Of a stretch of 64,000 nt of DNA, positions 18,313 to 27,600 are shown one piece after another. Position numbers and translations under genes: made by a program. Below the pieces are notes generated by a model. It saw only the letters and a program-made list of their open reading frames with translations, was not told the origin of the DNA and did not search any database. Position 1 is the stretch's first letter; the number at the start of each line of letters is the position of its first letter. Source of the DNA: Clostridiales bacterium (GTDB taxonomy: Bacteria; Bacillota; Clostridia; Christensenellales; UBA1750); NCBI GenBank assembly GCA_015056005.1, contig SVHB01000001.1, forward strand, positions 18,799 to 82,798, given 5' to 3'.

Positions 18313-19149
18313 GTGAGGGAAATGTATTCGCGGGTTTATGTTGAGATCACGAATATCTGCAATATGAGCTGTTCGTTCTGCCATGGGCACAAAAGAGAGC
18401 CTAAACGGATGAGCGAATATGAGTTTGAGCGCGTGCTTTTGTCGCTTGAGGGAAAAACAAGGTATATTTATTATCACGTAATGGGCGAGCCGCTGACTCA
18501 TCCGCTTCTTCCGTCATTTATTAAGCTGGCGGGAGAAAGAGGCTTCAAGTCGGTAGTTACCACAAACGGAACGCTCCTTGGAAAACGCGGGGATGAGCTG
18601 ATATCTTCAGGCGTTTACAAGGTGAACATCTCGCTGCACAGCTTTGAAGAGGGCAGCGATGAAATGTATGATAAGTATATCGGTTCCGTTATCGAATTTG
18701 CTCAAAAGGCTTCAAACGCGGGTATAATCGTTGTATTGAGGCTTTGGAACCGAGGTTTTGACGGCGGAAGGAACGATTCTGCCTATGATATGCTCAAAAA
18801 ACTTATCGCAGGCGAGTGGATAAAAAACACAAGGGGCATAAGGATACATGATAAGCTTCATCTGGAATGGGGTGAGCGCTTTGAATGGCCCGATATGGCA
18901 GCGGATGTTCAGGGCGACGATGTTTTCTGCTACGGTCTGAGAGACCATTTCGGCATCCTTTGCGACGGGAGCGTCATTCCCTGCTGCATGGACAGCGAAG
19001 GCGTGATATCGCTGGGCAATGTTTTTGAAGAAGATTTATCGGATATCCTTTCATCCAAGAGAGCCCGTGCCATAGCGGACGGGTTTGATAAGCGATGCGC
19101 ATACGAGCAGCTCTGCCAAAGATGCGGCTATGCGCAAAGGTTCAAGTAA
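18313..19149 (+). CDS. Radical SAM protein with C-terminal SPASM/twitch-type Cys cluster
   Basis: 278 aa. The CX3CX2C motif is ITNICNMSCSFCHG. The C-terminus is Cys-rich: CYGL...CDGSVIPCCMDSEG...CAYEQLCQRCGY. It starts 7 nt after the hydrolase stop codon. The start codon (GTG 18313 or ATG 18322) is uncertain. Confidence 0.8.
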   Translation: MREMYSRVYVEITNICNMSCSFCHGHKREPKRMSEYEFERVLLSLEGKTRYIYYHVMGEPLTHPLLPSFIKLAGERGFKSVVTTNGTLLGKRGDELISSGVYKVNISLHSFEEGSDEMYDKYIGSVIEFAQKASNAGIIVVLRLWNRGFDGGRNDSAYDMLKKLIAGEWIKNTRGIRIHDKLHLEWGERFEWPDMAADVQGDDVFCYGLRDHFGILCDGSVIPCCMDSEGVISLGNVFEEDLSDILSSKRARAIADGFDKRCAYEQLCQRCGYAQRFK

Positions 19150-19158
19150 ATGATCATG

Positions 19159-19192
19159 ATAAAGCTTTCGTTTTCGAGAGCTTTATTTTTTT
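19159..19192 (+). terminator. Rho-independent terminator after the radical SAM gene
   Basis: ATAAAGCTTTCG-TTTT-CGAGAGCTTTAT followed by TTTTTT. Confidence 0.75.
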
Positions 19193-19268
19193 CCTTGCGA
19201 GGGTTTGGAATTATGTTATAATAAAGCCATAATGATTAAATCAATCAAAGATCGGAAGTGTGAGTTTC

Positions 19269-20645
19269 ATGCGCTATATAAAGGATATGGAAGTCAAAAA
19301 AGCCGATGTTCTCATAATAGGCGGAGGTCCCTCCGGGCTTTGCGCAGCGATAGCATCGGCAAGAGCGGGAGCAAATACCCTGCTTATCGAGCAAAACGGA
19401 TACTGCGGCGGCATGGCGACTGCCGGTCTTGTTGCTCCGTTTATGACCTGCTACGACAGCGGCGGAGATATTATGCTCATCAGGGGCATTTTTGAGGAAA
19501 TAGTAAACAGGCTGGTTAAAAGCGGCGACGCGATTCATCCTTCAAAGGTCGAGACTGCCACAGCTTTTACATCGTATATCACGATAGGGCATAAGCATGT
19601 GACCCCGTTTAAGGCTGAAGGGCTAAAGCTTCTGGCTGACAGGATGCTCAAAGAAGCGGGCGTTGAAGTGCTATATCATACATCTTTTGTGGACGCAGTA
19701 ACTGACGGCGGCAGGGTGGATAAGGTCATCGTAAACAAAAAGGAAGGCCTTCTTGCAATAGAAGCAAAGTATATCGTGGATTGTTCGGGCGACGGCGATT
19801 GCGCTGCCAGTGCGGGCGTACCTTTTACCCTCGGAAACGGCAGCGGCAGGATTCAGCCCGCAACTATGTTCTTCAGGATCGGCAATGTTGACAGCAAGAA
19901 GATAGACGAGGATATAGAAGCGAACCTTGATAATTTTTACCGAAAAGACGGCGTGAACTACAGGTCGCTCCATTGGTGGGTGTCCAAGGCGAGAGAAAAC
20001 GGCGATTGGGACCTTGACAGGGTATCTATTGGTATTTTCAGGGGCGTTGATGAGGACGAATGGAGCATCAACACTTCAAGGATAATGGGCGTTGACGGCA
20101 CAAAGTCGCAAAGCCTTACCTTTGGCGAGATGGAAGGCCGCGAGCAGGTGAAGATCATATTCGATTTTCTTAAAAAATACGTTCCCGGATGTGAAAATGC
20201 AAAGCTTTTGCAGAGCGGAAGCACCCTGGGCATTAGGGAAACAAGGCATATCCACGGCATAAAGACGCTTACCATAGACGATATCCTTGAATGCCGCGTG
20301 CCCGATGATTCCGTTTTGCTTGCCGCAAATTCAGTGGATGTCCACGGAAAATTCGGACCAAAGAGCAATGAATATATAGCCATTCCCGAAGGCAAGTATT
20401 ATGGCGTGCCCTACGGATGCCTTGTGCCCGAGAATCTGTCCAATCTTCTTGTTGCGGGCAGATGCGTTTCGGCAACAAGTGAAGCTGCGGGTGCGATAAG
20501 AGTTATGCCGCCCTGCATGGGCCTTGGACAGGCAGCGGGAGCCGCCGCGGCGCTTGCTGTAAAGGATGGCGCGGATGTGCGCAGGCTGGATACCGAAAAG
20601 CTCAGAAAGCTGCTATGCGAACAAGGGGTGCTTTTGAGTGTATAA
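19269..20645 (+). CDS. FAD-dependent oxidoreductase
   Basis: The dinucleotide-binding motif is DVLIIGGGPSGLCAAIASARAG near the N-terminus. The protein is about 458 aa from the ATG at 19269. The ORF is open from the GTG at 19260. Confidence 0.8.
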   Translation: MRYIKDMEVKKADVLIIGGGPSGLCAAIASARAGANTLLIEQNGYCGGMATAGLVAPFMTCYDSGGDIMLIRGIFEEIVNRLVKSGDAIHPSKVETATAFTSYITIGHKHVTPFKAEGLKLLADRMLKEAGVEVLYHTSFVDAVTDGGRVDKVIVNKKEGLLAIEAKYIVDCSGDGDCAASAGVPFTLGNGSGRIQPATMFFRIGNVDSKKIDEDIEANLDNFYRKDGVNYRSLHWWVSKARENGDWDLDRVSIGIFRGVDEDEWSINTSRIMGVDGTKSQSLTFGEMEGREQVKIIFDFLKKYVPGCENAKLLQSGSTLGIRETRHIHGIKTLTIDDILECRVPDDSVLLAANSVDVHGKFGPKSNEYIAIPEGKYYGVPYGCLVPENLSNLLVAGRCVSATSEAAGAIRVMPPCMGLGQAAGAAAALAVKDGADVRRLDTEKLRKLLCEQGVLLSV

Positions 20646-21516
20646 GCTTTTTATGGAGTTTGAAAACCCCACCGAGAGCATTTGCGGAAAAAGACAAAGC
20701 GTACAGGGGTTTTCCGTTTATGAGAAATACGGAGTAGTGCTTTTCCATACTGGAATAGCAGCCGTTTATGACCTTGAAACGAAAAAGAGCGCTCCGCTCG
20801 GTGCGTTCAGGCTTGGCTCGTATGACGCAGGCTGCGATAAAAGATATGTAAATCATGCAAACGATTGCGTGTTTGGGCAAAAAATAGAAGGTGAGCGCTT
20901 CCCCTTGCTCTATGTGACCGCAGGCAACAGCGGGGAAACGGACGAGAAAGGCTTTATCTCCTATTGTGCGGTGGAGCAGATTTATGAGAAAAACGGAGAG
21001 TTTTCCGCAAAGACTGTTCAGAGGATATATTATAAGAACGACGGAATAGAAAGTACTTAATTTGAAACTCCCGGATGGGGCTGGCCTGCGTATCTTCCCG
21101 ACGGCGAAAATGGGTTCCTTTATCTGTTTTCGGCAAGACAGCGCACGAGGAAAGGCTTTTCAGGCGCGGATAATCGATATATTGTGACAAAATTCCGGCT
21201 TCCCGATCCCGGGCGCGGGGATGTTACCCTTTGCTCGAAAGACATTATAGATCAGTTTTTGCTGCCTTTTGACGTGTATTTCACCCAAGGCGGCACGATA
21301 TATAAAAACATACTTTGGTACACATTTGGCTGCGGGAATGCTGAACACCCAAATGCGCTTAGAGCTGTCGATCTTGAGCGCAAAGAGTTTGTGTTATCGG
21401 AGGACTTGAGTGATACGCAGTTTTTAGATGACGAGGTAGAGTGCTGCGGGTTCTTTTCCGGCAGGCTGCTGATCAACACTCAGAGCGGAAAAATATATGA
21501 AAGAATACAGGAATAA
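20638..21516 (+). pseudogene. Hypothetical protein frame interrupted by a single in-frame TAA (21058-21060)
   Basis: ORFs 20638-21060 and 21184-21516 are in the same frame. Translating 21061-21183 gives FETPGWGWPAYLPDGENGFLYLFSARQRTRKGFSGADNRYIV with no further stop. The result is one ~292-codon frame with one nonsense codon. Confidence 0.6.
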
Positions 21517-23176
21517 TGAGTTTTTTTCGATAGGCATAGATTTCGGCTCGCTGTCTGCAAGGGGCGTTCTTGCCGATATCAGCGACGGTCGGATAATAGC
21601 TGAGGCTATGATGGAATATCCCCATGGTGTGATGGCGGATACTTTGCCCGACGGGACAAAAGTATATGAAAACGCATGTCTTCAGCATCCCAAGGATTAC
21701 CTTGACGCGCTGGAGTATATCGTAAAAGATATGATGGCGGGATCAGGCATAGAGGCAGAAAAGGTGGTTTCCATCGGCATCGATTTTACCTCGAGCACGG
21801 TTTTGCCGATCGATAAAGACTTTGTCCCGCTTTGCTTTAACGAAAAATTTTCGGACAACCCGCATGCATGGGTGAAGATGTGGAAGGATCACTCCGACTT
21901 TTATCAAGCAGGCGAGATAGACCGTGTATGCCGAAAAATGGGGCGGGAGTATCTTTCCATGTACGGCGGAAAGGTTTCGCCCGAAAATCTTTTGGTAAAG
22001 ACCTACGCTGCGTTTATACAGGACAGGGAAGTATTCGATGCATCCGACAGGTTCATGGAGGCGGGCGATTATATCGTATCGGTTCTTTGCGGGAAGCCTA
22101 CTCTGAGCTCTTCCTGCCTTGCGGCCAAATCGTTCTGGAAAAGTGATGGAGGATATCCTGCGCCTGAGTTTCTTGAGGCGATCAACCCTGAATTTGCAGA
22201 TGAAATAAAGGGTAAGCTTCCTGCGAATATGGAAGGTGCCGGCATTTATATGCCCGGAGAAAAGGCGGGAACGCTCTCTTGCGATATGGCAAAAAAGCTT
22301 GGGCTAAAAAGTGGTATCGCGGTTTCTTCCTTTCAGATGGATGCATACGCTGCGATGCCGGGGCTTGGGATCACAAAAAGCGGAACGCTTATGATGATAA
22401 TAGGGACTTCTTCCGGGTTTATACTTGTAAGCGATGAGAAAAGAGAAGTCGAAGGTGTTACCGCCTGCATTAAGGATACTATGTATAAGGGGCTTTGGAC
22501 ATACGCCTCGGGTCAGGCAAGTGTCGGAGATGTTTTTGCATGGTACTCAAACAACTCTGTTCCGGAAAAGTATGAAAAGGAAGCTCAAAAAAGAGGGATA
22601 TCCGTTCAGCAGTATTTAACAGAGCTTGCTTCAAAGCTTAATGCAGGTGAAAGCGGGCTGATAGCGCTTGAATGGTTCAACGGCAACCGTTCAAGGCTGG
22701 CAAACAGCGCCCTTTCGGGTATGATACTTGGGCTTACCATCAACACAAAGCCCGAGCATATATACCGCGCTCTCATTGAAGCGACGGCATTTGGAGCAAA
22801 GGAGATCGTGAACGCCTTTGAAGAGACGGGAGTGGAAATAAAAGAAATCTTCGCCTCAGGCGGAGTTGCTGAAAAGAATCCGCTTTTGATGCAGATATAT
22901 GCAGATGTGCTCAAAAAGCCGATAAAGGTATCTGTCTTAACACAGATACCCGCGCTGGGTTCGGCAATTTTGGGCGCTGCGGCGTATGACGGATGTCTGA
23001 ATGAAGCTGTATCCCGTATGGGCAGCAAAGAGTATATTGAGTATATTCCAAACGAAAGAAATTGCTCCATATATAACGAATTGTTTGCAAAGTATCATTC
23101 GCTCCATGAATATTTCGGCAGGGGAGAAAACGCGGTCATGGAAGAGCTGAGAGCTTTGGCAAAGCTTGAGAGGTAA
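21497..23176 (+). CDS. araB: Ribulokinase (FGGY carbohydrate kinase family)
   Basis: 559 aa. The N-terminus is SIGIDFGSLSARGVL, and FASGGVAEKNPLLMQIYADVLKKPIKV is present. Length and motifs are typical of AraB. Confidence 0.85.
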   Translation: MKEYRNNEFFSIGIDFGSLSARGVLADISDGRIIAEAMMEYPHGVMADTLPDGTKVYENACLQHPKDYLDALEYIVKDMMAGSGIEAEKVVSIGIDFTSSTVLPIDKDFVPLCFNEKFSDNPHAWVKMWKDHSDFYQAGEIDRVCRKMGREYLSMYGGKVSPENLLVKTYAAFIQDREVFDASDRFMEAGDYIVSVLCGKPTLSSSCLAAKSFWKSDGGYPAPEFLEAINPEFADEIKGKLPANMEGAGIYMPGEKAGTLSCDMAKKLGLKSGIAVSSFQMDAYAAMPGLGITKSGTLMMIIGTSSGFILVSDEKREVEGVTACIKDTMYKGLWTYASGQASVGDVFAWYSNNSVPEKYEKEAQKRGISVQQYLTELASKLNAGESGLIALEWFNGNRSRLANSALSGMILGLTINTKPEHIYRALIEATAFGAKEIVNAFEETGVEIKEIFASGGVAEKNPLLMQIYADVLKKPIKVSVLTQIPALGSAILGAAAYDGCLNEAVSRMGSKEYIEYIPNERNCSIYNELFAKYHSLHEYFGRGENAVMEELRALAKLER

Positions 23177-23229
23177 ATTTGTCCAAAAGCAAGAATTATA
23201 ATGTATGCTAAAGAATAAAAAAGCCGATA

Positions 23230-23265
23230 AAGCCTGATTTTCATGAGAAGATCAGGCTTGCTTTG
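23230..23265 (+). terminator. Probable terminator after araB
   Basis: AAGCCTGAT(TTTC)-ATGA-(GAAG)ATCAGGCTT forms a hairpin of about 13 bp. It is followed by a weak T-rich tract (GCTTTG). Confidence 0.5.
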
Positions 23266-23314
23266 TAAATTCTTGTTATGTTTTTGTAAAGTGCTTTTCT
23301 GCAATTTGGGTTTG

Positions 23315-23323
23315 TGGTATAAT
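23315..23323 (+). promoter_or_regulatory. Candidate extended -10 promoter (TGgTATAAT) for the TPR / giant-protein operon
   Basis: TGGTATAAT lies at 23315-23323, inside the 216-nt AT-rich intergenic region and about 75 nt upstream of the ATG at 23399. I see no good -35 element, which is tolerated by extended -10 promoters. Confidence 0.35.
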
Positions 23324-23398
23324 TCTATATATCATAGGGGTAATGTTATTTAAGACGAGTATATAGCATAAATGTGAATATAAAAGAGGTGAGTGCTC

Positions 23399-24523
23399 AT
23401 GAGTGAGGTCATAAAAGCAGGGCCCACAAAGCGCTTGTGGGTACGGATCACAGCTTGCGTATTATCGCTTGCTTTGATAGTTTCGCTGGGTGTAAACGCT
23501 TTGGTTGCGGTAAAAATTCAGACCGCTCAGGCGCATGAAGCGGCAACCAACTATCTGGTGGAAAATACCGAGTATGTAAGCGCCGAGCTGCTTGAGCGAT
23601 TGGGCGAAAAGCTGCGGACCTTGCCTGAGCCGATGAATATCGAGGATTATTACAGGCTTGCGGGAACTCAGATAGCCGAGGAGAAATACGAAGAAGCGCT
23701 GTTCAGCATTGAAAAATGCATCGAATTGTTTGACGATAACCAGACCGATGAATTGTGGATAGATATTCTGATGAAAAAGGGCTGCCTTGAAGTTTTGACC
23801 CAGAGGTTTGACAAGGCGGAAGGCACGCTGAACGCCGTGCTTCAAGCCGACCCTGAACAGAAGGAAGTTTATCTGATACTTGCCCAGATCCACGCGGGAT
23901 ATGACGACCTTGATCTTCTTGAAGAGGATCTGAACAATTATCTAGCAAAGGCGAAGGACGATCTTCAGATACGTGCTCTGCTGGCGCAGACCCTGTTTGC
24001 CAAGGAAGAATATGAAGCGGCGGGCGAGCAATACCTTCTGATCCTTGATTCTCAAGGCGAGGGCGTTGATATGGCAGAGATGAATTATCTATATGCACTG
24101 ACCGGGATACAGCTCGAGAATTATCAAATCGCCAAAGAGCATATGGAAACGGCGATTCAGTTGGATGAAAGCAAATTAGATGCATATTATTATCTTGGTA
24201 TCTGCAATATGGCCCAAGAAGAATATGAAAAGGCTGTTGAAAGCTTCACCAAGGCCATCGACGGAAACAGCATGATGCAGCTGAGTTATTACAGCAGAGG
24301 CGTTTGCGGGCTGATGATAGAGGAGTACGATTATCAAAAAGCTCTGGACGACCTAAAACAAACCGAAGTTTACAATGGCGCCGATCTTGATCCCGAGATA
24401 TCGGCTCAGGCGGCAGATTTACTGGCAGAACTTGAGGCTGCGGGACTGGAAAACAGACCTCGGTCTGAAATAGTGATAAGCACTAAGAACGACGAAAATA
24501 CGGAAAATTCCGATAACGAATGA
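23399..24523 (+). CDS. Membrane-anchored tetratricopeptide-repeat (TPR) protein
   Basis: The ATG at 23399 lies behind AGAGGTGA. The N-terminus KAGPTKRLWVRITACVLSLALIVSLGVNALVAV has a basic segment followed by one TM helix (N-in signal anchor). It is followed by about 7 TPR-like helical pairs, for example AYYYLGICNMAQEEYEKAVESFTKAI. The stop TGA overlaps the next gene's ATG. Confidence 0.8.
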   Translation: MSEVIKAGPTKRLWVRITACVLSLALIVSLGVNALVAVKIQTAQAHEAATNYLVENTEYVSAELLERLGEKLRTLPEPMNIEDYYRLAGTQIAEEKYEEALFSIEKCIELFDDNQTDELWIDILMKKGCLEVLTQRFDKAEGTLNAVLQADPEQKEVYLILAQIHAGYDDLDLLEEDLNNYLAKAKDDLQIRALLAQTLFAKEEYEAAGEQYLLILDSQGEGVDMAEMNYLYALTGIQLENYQIAKEHMETAIQLDESKLDAYYYLGICNMAQEEYEKAVESFTKAIDGNSMMQLSYYSRGVCGLMIEEYDYQKALDDLKQTEVYNGADLDPEISAQAADLLAELEAAGLENRPRSEIVISTKNDENTENSDNE

Positions 24524-24657
24524 GCATGAAACAAAATACCTACCAAGCGAGAAGAGGTGATCACTTGATAGCCAAGAGCAAAGGGCTGAGCAAAAGGCTT
24601 GCATTAACGCTTATAGCGCTGATGCTTGTTTTGCTGCTGCCTGTCTGCGCCTTTGCC
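24520..24657 (+). other. Sec-type signal peptide of the giant protein (predicted cleavage AFA/QG)
   Basis: MSMKQNTYQARRGDHLIAKSKGLSKR (long basic n-region), then LALTLIALMLVLLLPV (h-region), then CAFA/QG. Confidence 0.7.
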
Positions 24658-27600
24658 CAGGGAACTGAAGGAGATGTTCCTCAGAGTGGATCTTACGGAC
24701 AAAATACAGGCGATGGGAACCAAACCCCACAGCCTGATGAAAGCCAGGAAGGATCCGAGGCAGAAGAAGGCCAGGACGATCAAAATCAGTCCAACAATCA
24801 GGATAATTCCGATAATCAGGATAACTCCGATAATCAGAATAAATCCGATGATTTGAGCGATGACGGTGATCAGAGCTCGAATGAACTTAATAACAGCAAT
24901 TCAAGAAGCATTGGTCCGGAAGAGGGTTCTGACACCGGGTCGGTGCTTGGCGCTGTTTCTCCGGGTGCGAGAACTGTTCAAGCGGGCGCTGCCTCAGCCC
25001 CTGCGGCTTCTTCCGCTCCCTCCGCTCAGGAATATGAGATTCCCGAAGGTTCGGCATATGTTGCCGGATATGAGACCACCGTTTACCGCAACAACGCATC
25101 ATCCAACGCCATTCAGCAGGCGATAGATGCAGCACTCACTGCGGGCAAGAAGGTCGGCGCCGGCGGAAGCGACGGTATCACCATCGTTGTAAACAACGGC
25201 GTTTATACCGGCGGCATCACCATCACCGCTTCAAAGGCCAACGCAGCAGCGGATATCAACAACAGCGGTACCCAAAGCGGCACGAACGGTTCCAACGAGA
25301 CTGTAGGCGACGAGGAACAGACCGAGCAGCTGATAGTGAACATCATTGCTTCGGATGCATTTGTTCCCAATGATGCCGGCGAAGTTGATTTTGATGAAGA
25401 TGATAAGCCTATCGTCCATTCCAACTCGGCAGGCGGCGTTCAGGTAGAGGGCGGCATAACCGTTGAGGATGTAAACCTTCTCCTTGCCGGCATTTACCTC
25501 ACCATGAAGGAACGCGAAAAGACCGAGGCTCAGGAAGCGAGCTCAAGCACTGCAACAACCAATGAAACCAAAAACCTCACCCGTGAGCTCGACAGCAACG
25601 AGATAAGGGTTAAGGATGCAGACAGCTTCGCATACTACGGCACGGCGCTTGACGATGATGTTGAGATAAACCTCACAGACGTTGCCGAAAGCATCGTGGT
25701 CGATTCCGGTGCGGGCAGCGATAAGATAGACCTTGATTTCACTCAGACTCCCAGCTATACCATCGATACGGGTAAACCGGGACTCGAAAACCTGAACGAC
25801 AATCAGGGCAATCTTATAGGCGATGTGCAGACTCTTGTGCAGAATGGAATAACCACCGCGATAAATGAAACAGCACATGCTGTCACCAATGATAATAAAG
25901 TTATCGTAGATTATACCGACACAAGGACCGAAGTTGAGATCAGCCTTGGCGAAGGCGACGATGAGCTGGAGTTCAAGATCACCAACTCCACTCAGATAAT
26001 CCTTCCCGGCGATACCAATTCCGGCGGCAATACTACCGGCGGCACCGGTTCTTCCACTGCTACCTCCGTTATCGTGAAGGTCGACCTTTCCGCAAGCAAG
26101 GTCACCATCGATGCAGGTGAGGGCGCAGATACCGTGACCCTTGAAGGCGGCATGGAGCTTGACAGCATTTCCACCACTGTTCTCCAGCCTCTGCTCAACT
26201 GCATCTACACCGCAGCGACCGAGCTTTCCCAGGCGACCACGACCTCTTCCGGTGACAGAGTGCTTCCTCAGACCGAGGTGACCGTCATCGGCGGCGGCGA
26301 CGACGACCTTGTGAACGTCGATACGACTCTGGCGTTCTCCACCTTCAGGGGCGTTGACGTAACTTATGTCGGCGGCTATATGGACGATGACGGAAATTAT
26401 GTCAAGAGCGACAGCGAGTTCGACAGGCTGCACCTGACCGGCAAGGTCGGCAACAGCTACATGGAAAGCGGCGACAACCGTCTGACCACAGGTACTGACG
26501 AAAAGGGCAATGTAGAAATCTACATGAATGCAAACGCCGAAGTCTCCGTCCTGAACGATGCGCTGAACCTCTCCGAGCTCTACGCTCAGCTCAAGGCCAA
26601 GCTGATAAACATCGATACCGTGACCGATATCCTCAAGGGCAAGGTCACTGTTGAGAAGACCGCAGCTCAGATGGCAGGCGAGCAGTTTAAGTCCTTCACC
26701 GACTATGTTATCAAGGATTATGCAAACGGCTCATCCTTTGAAAACCTCAGCGGCGAGGATACCTTCCTCACCAATGTTTACATCAAGGGCAATGATCTCA
26801 CCGTCGGCGATGTCAACGTGGCGAACGTGAACCTCGTTCTTTCCGCTTCCGACAGCGGCATGAACGAAGCCGGCAGCATCAAGATTGACGGCGATGTTTA
26901 CGGCAGAAACGTTCTCCTTATTCTTGAAAACACCGACAGCCACAAACTGACCCTTATGGAAAATGACCTCCAGGACGATGACGAGTCCATCGCCATCGAA
27001 GCAAGCCTGTTTGATATAGTAAGCGATGCAGCAGTGACCATTACTCAGAACGGTTCCATCAAATCGACCGACGCTGTGGACATTTCGGTCTCCAGCAAGC
27101 AGACCCAGGGTCTCATCCCTTCCCTTGAAGACATCATCCCCGGCTACGCACAGATGAGCGAGCAGGAGAAGTCCAACGCTATGGAGCAGATGAACTCTGC
27201 TTCCAACCTCAACTTCGTAGCAGTCAAGACCGGCAGCGCGCTGATAAATATAATAGGTAGAATTACCGCAGCAGCTGTCAGAGCAGCATCCGTTTCCTTC
27301 GTCGATACCGACGCGACCAACTCCGCGCTGGCAAGCTTCGGCCTGCCTCTTGCGGTCGGCGTTGTAGTATCCGAAGCGGGCGTAAACATTGAAGGCAATA
27401 TAGAAACGACCAAGGGCGGCGTAACCTTAAAGGCCGATTCCCAGGTCGAACTTACCACCGAAGCCAGATCCGGCAGACTTCCCTTCACCCTTTCGGTCTC
27501 CGTGGTCGATAACAAGGCTTATGTGGATATAAACGAAAACGCAAAAATTACCGCGGCGGGCGGCCTTTATGCGAACGCATACGGCACCGTTCAGACCCGC

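Noticed and set aside
24544-24564. Arg-Arg (QARRGDH) in the giant protein's signal-peptide n-region, considered as a Tat motif.
   Set aside because: It does not fit (S/T)RRxFLK, and a 10,291-aa repetitive fibre is an implausible folded Tat cargo. A Sec signal peptide is the simpler reading.
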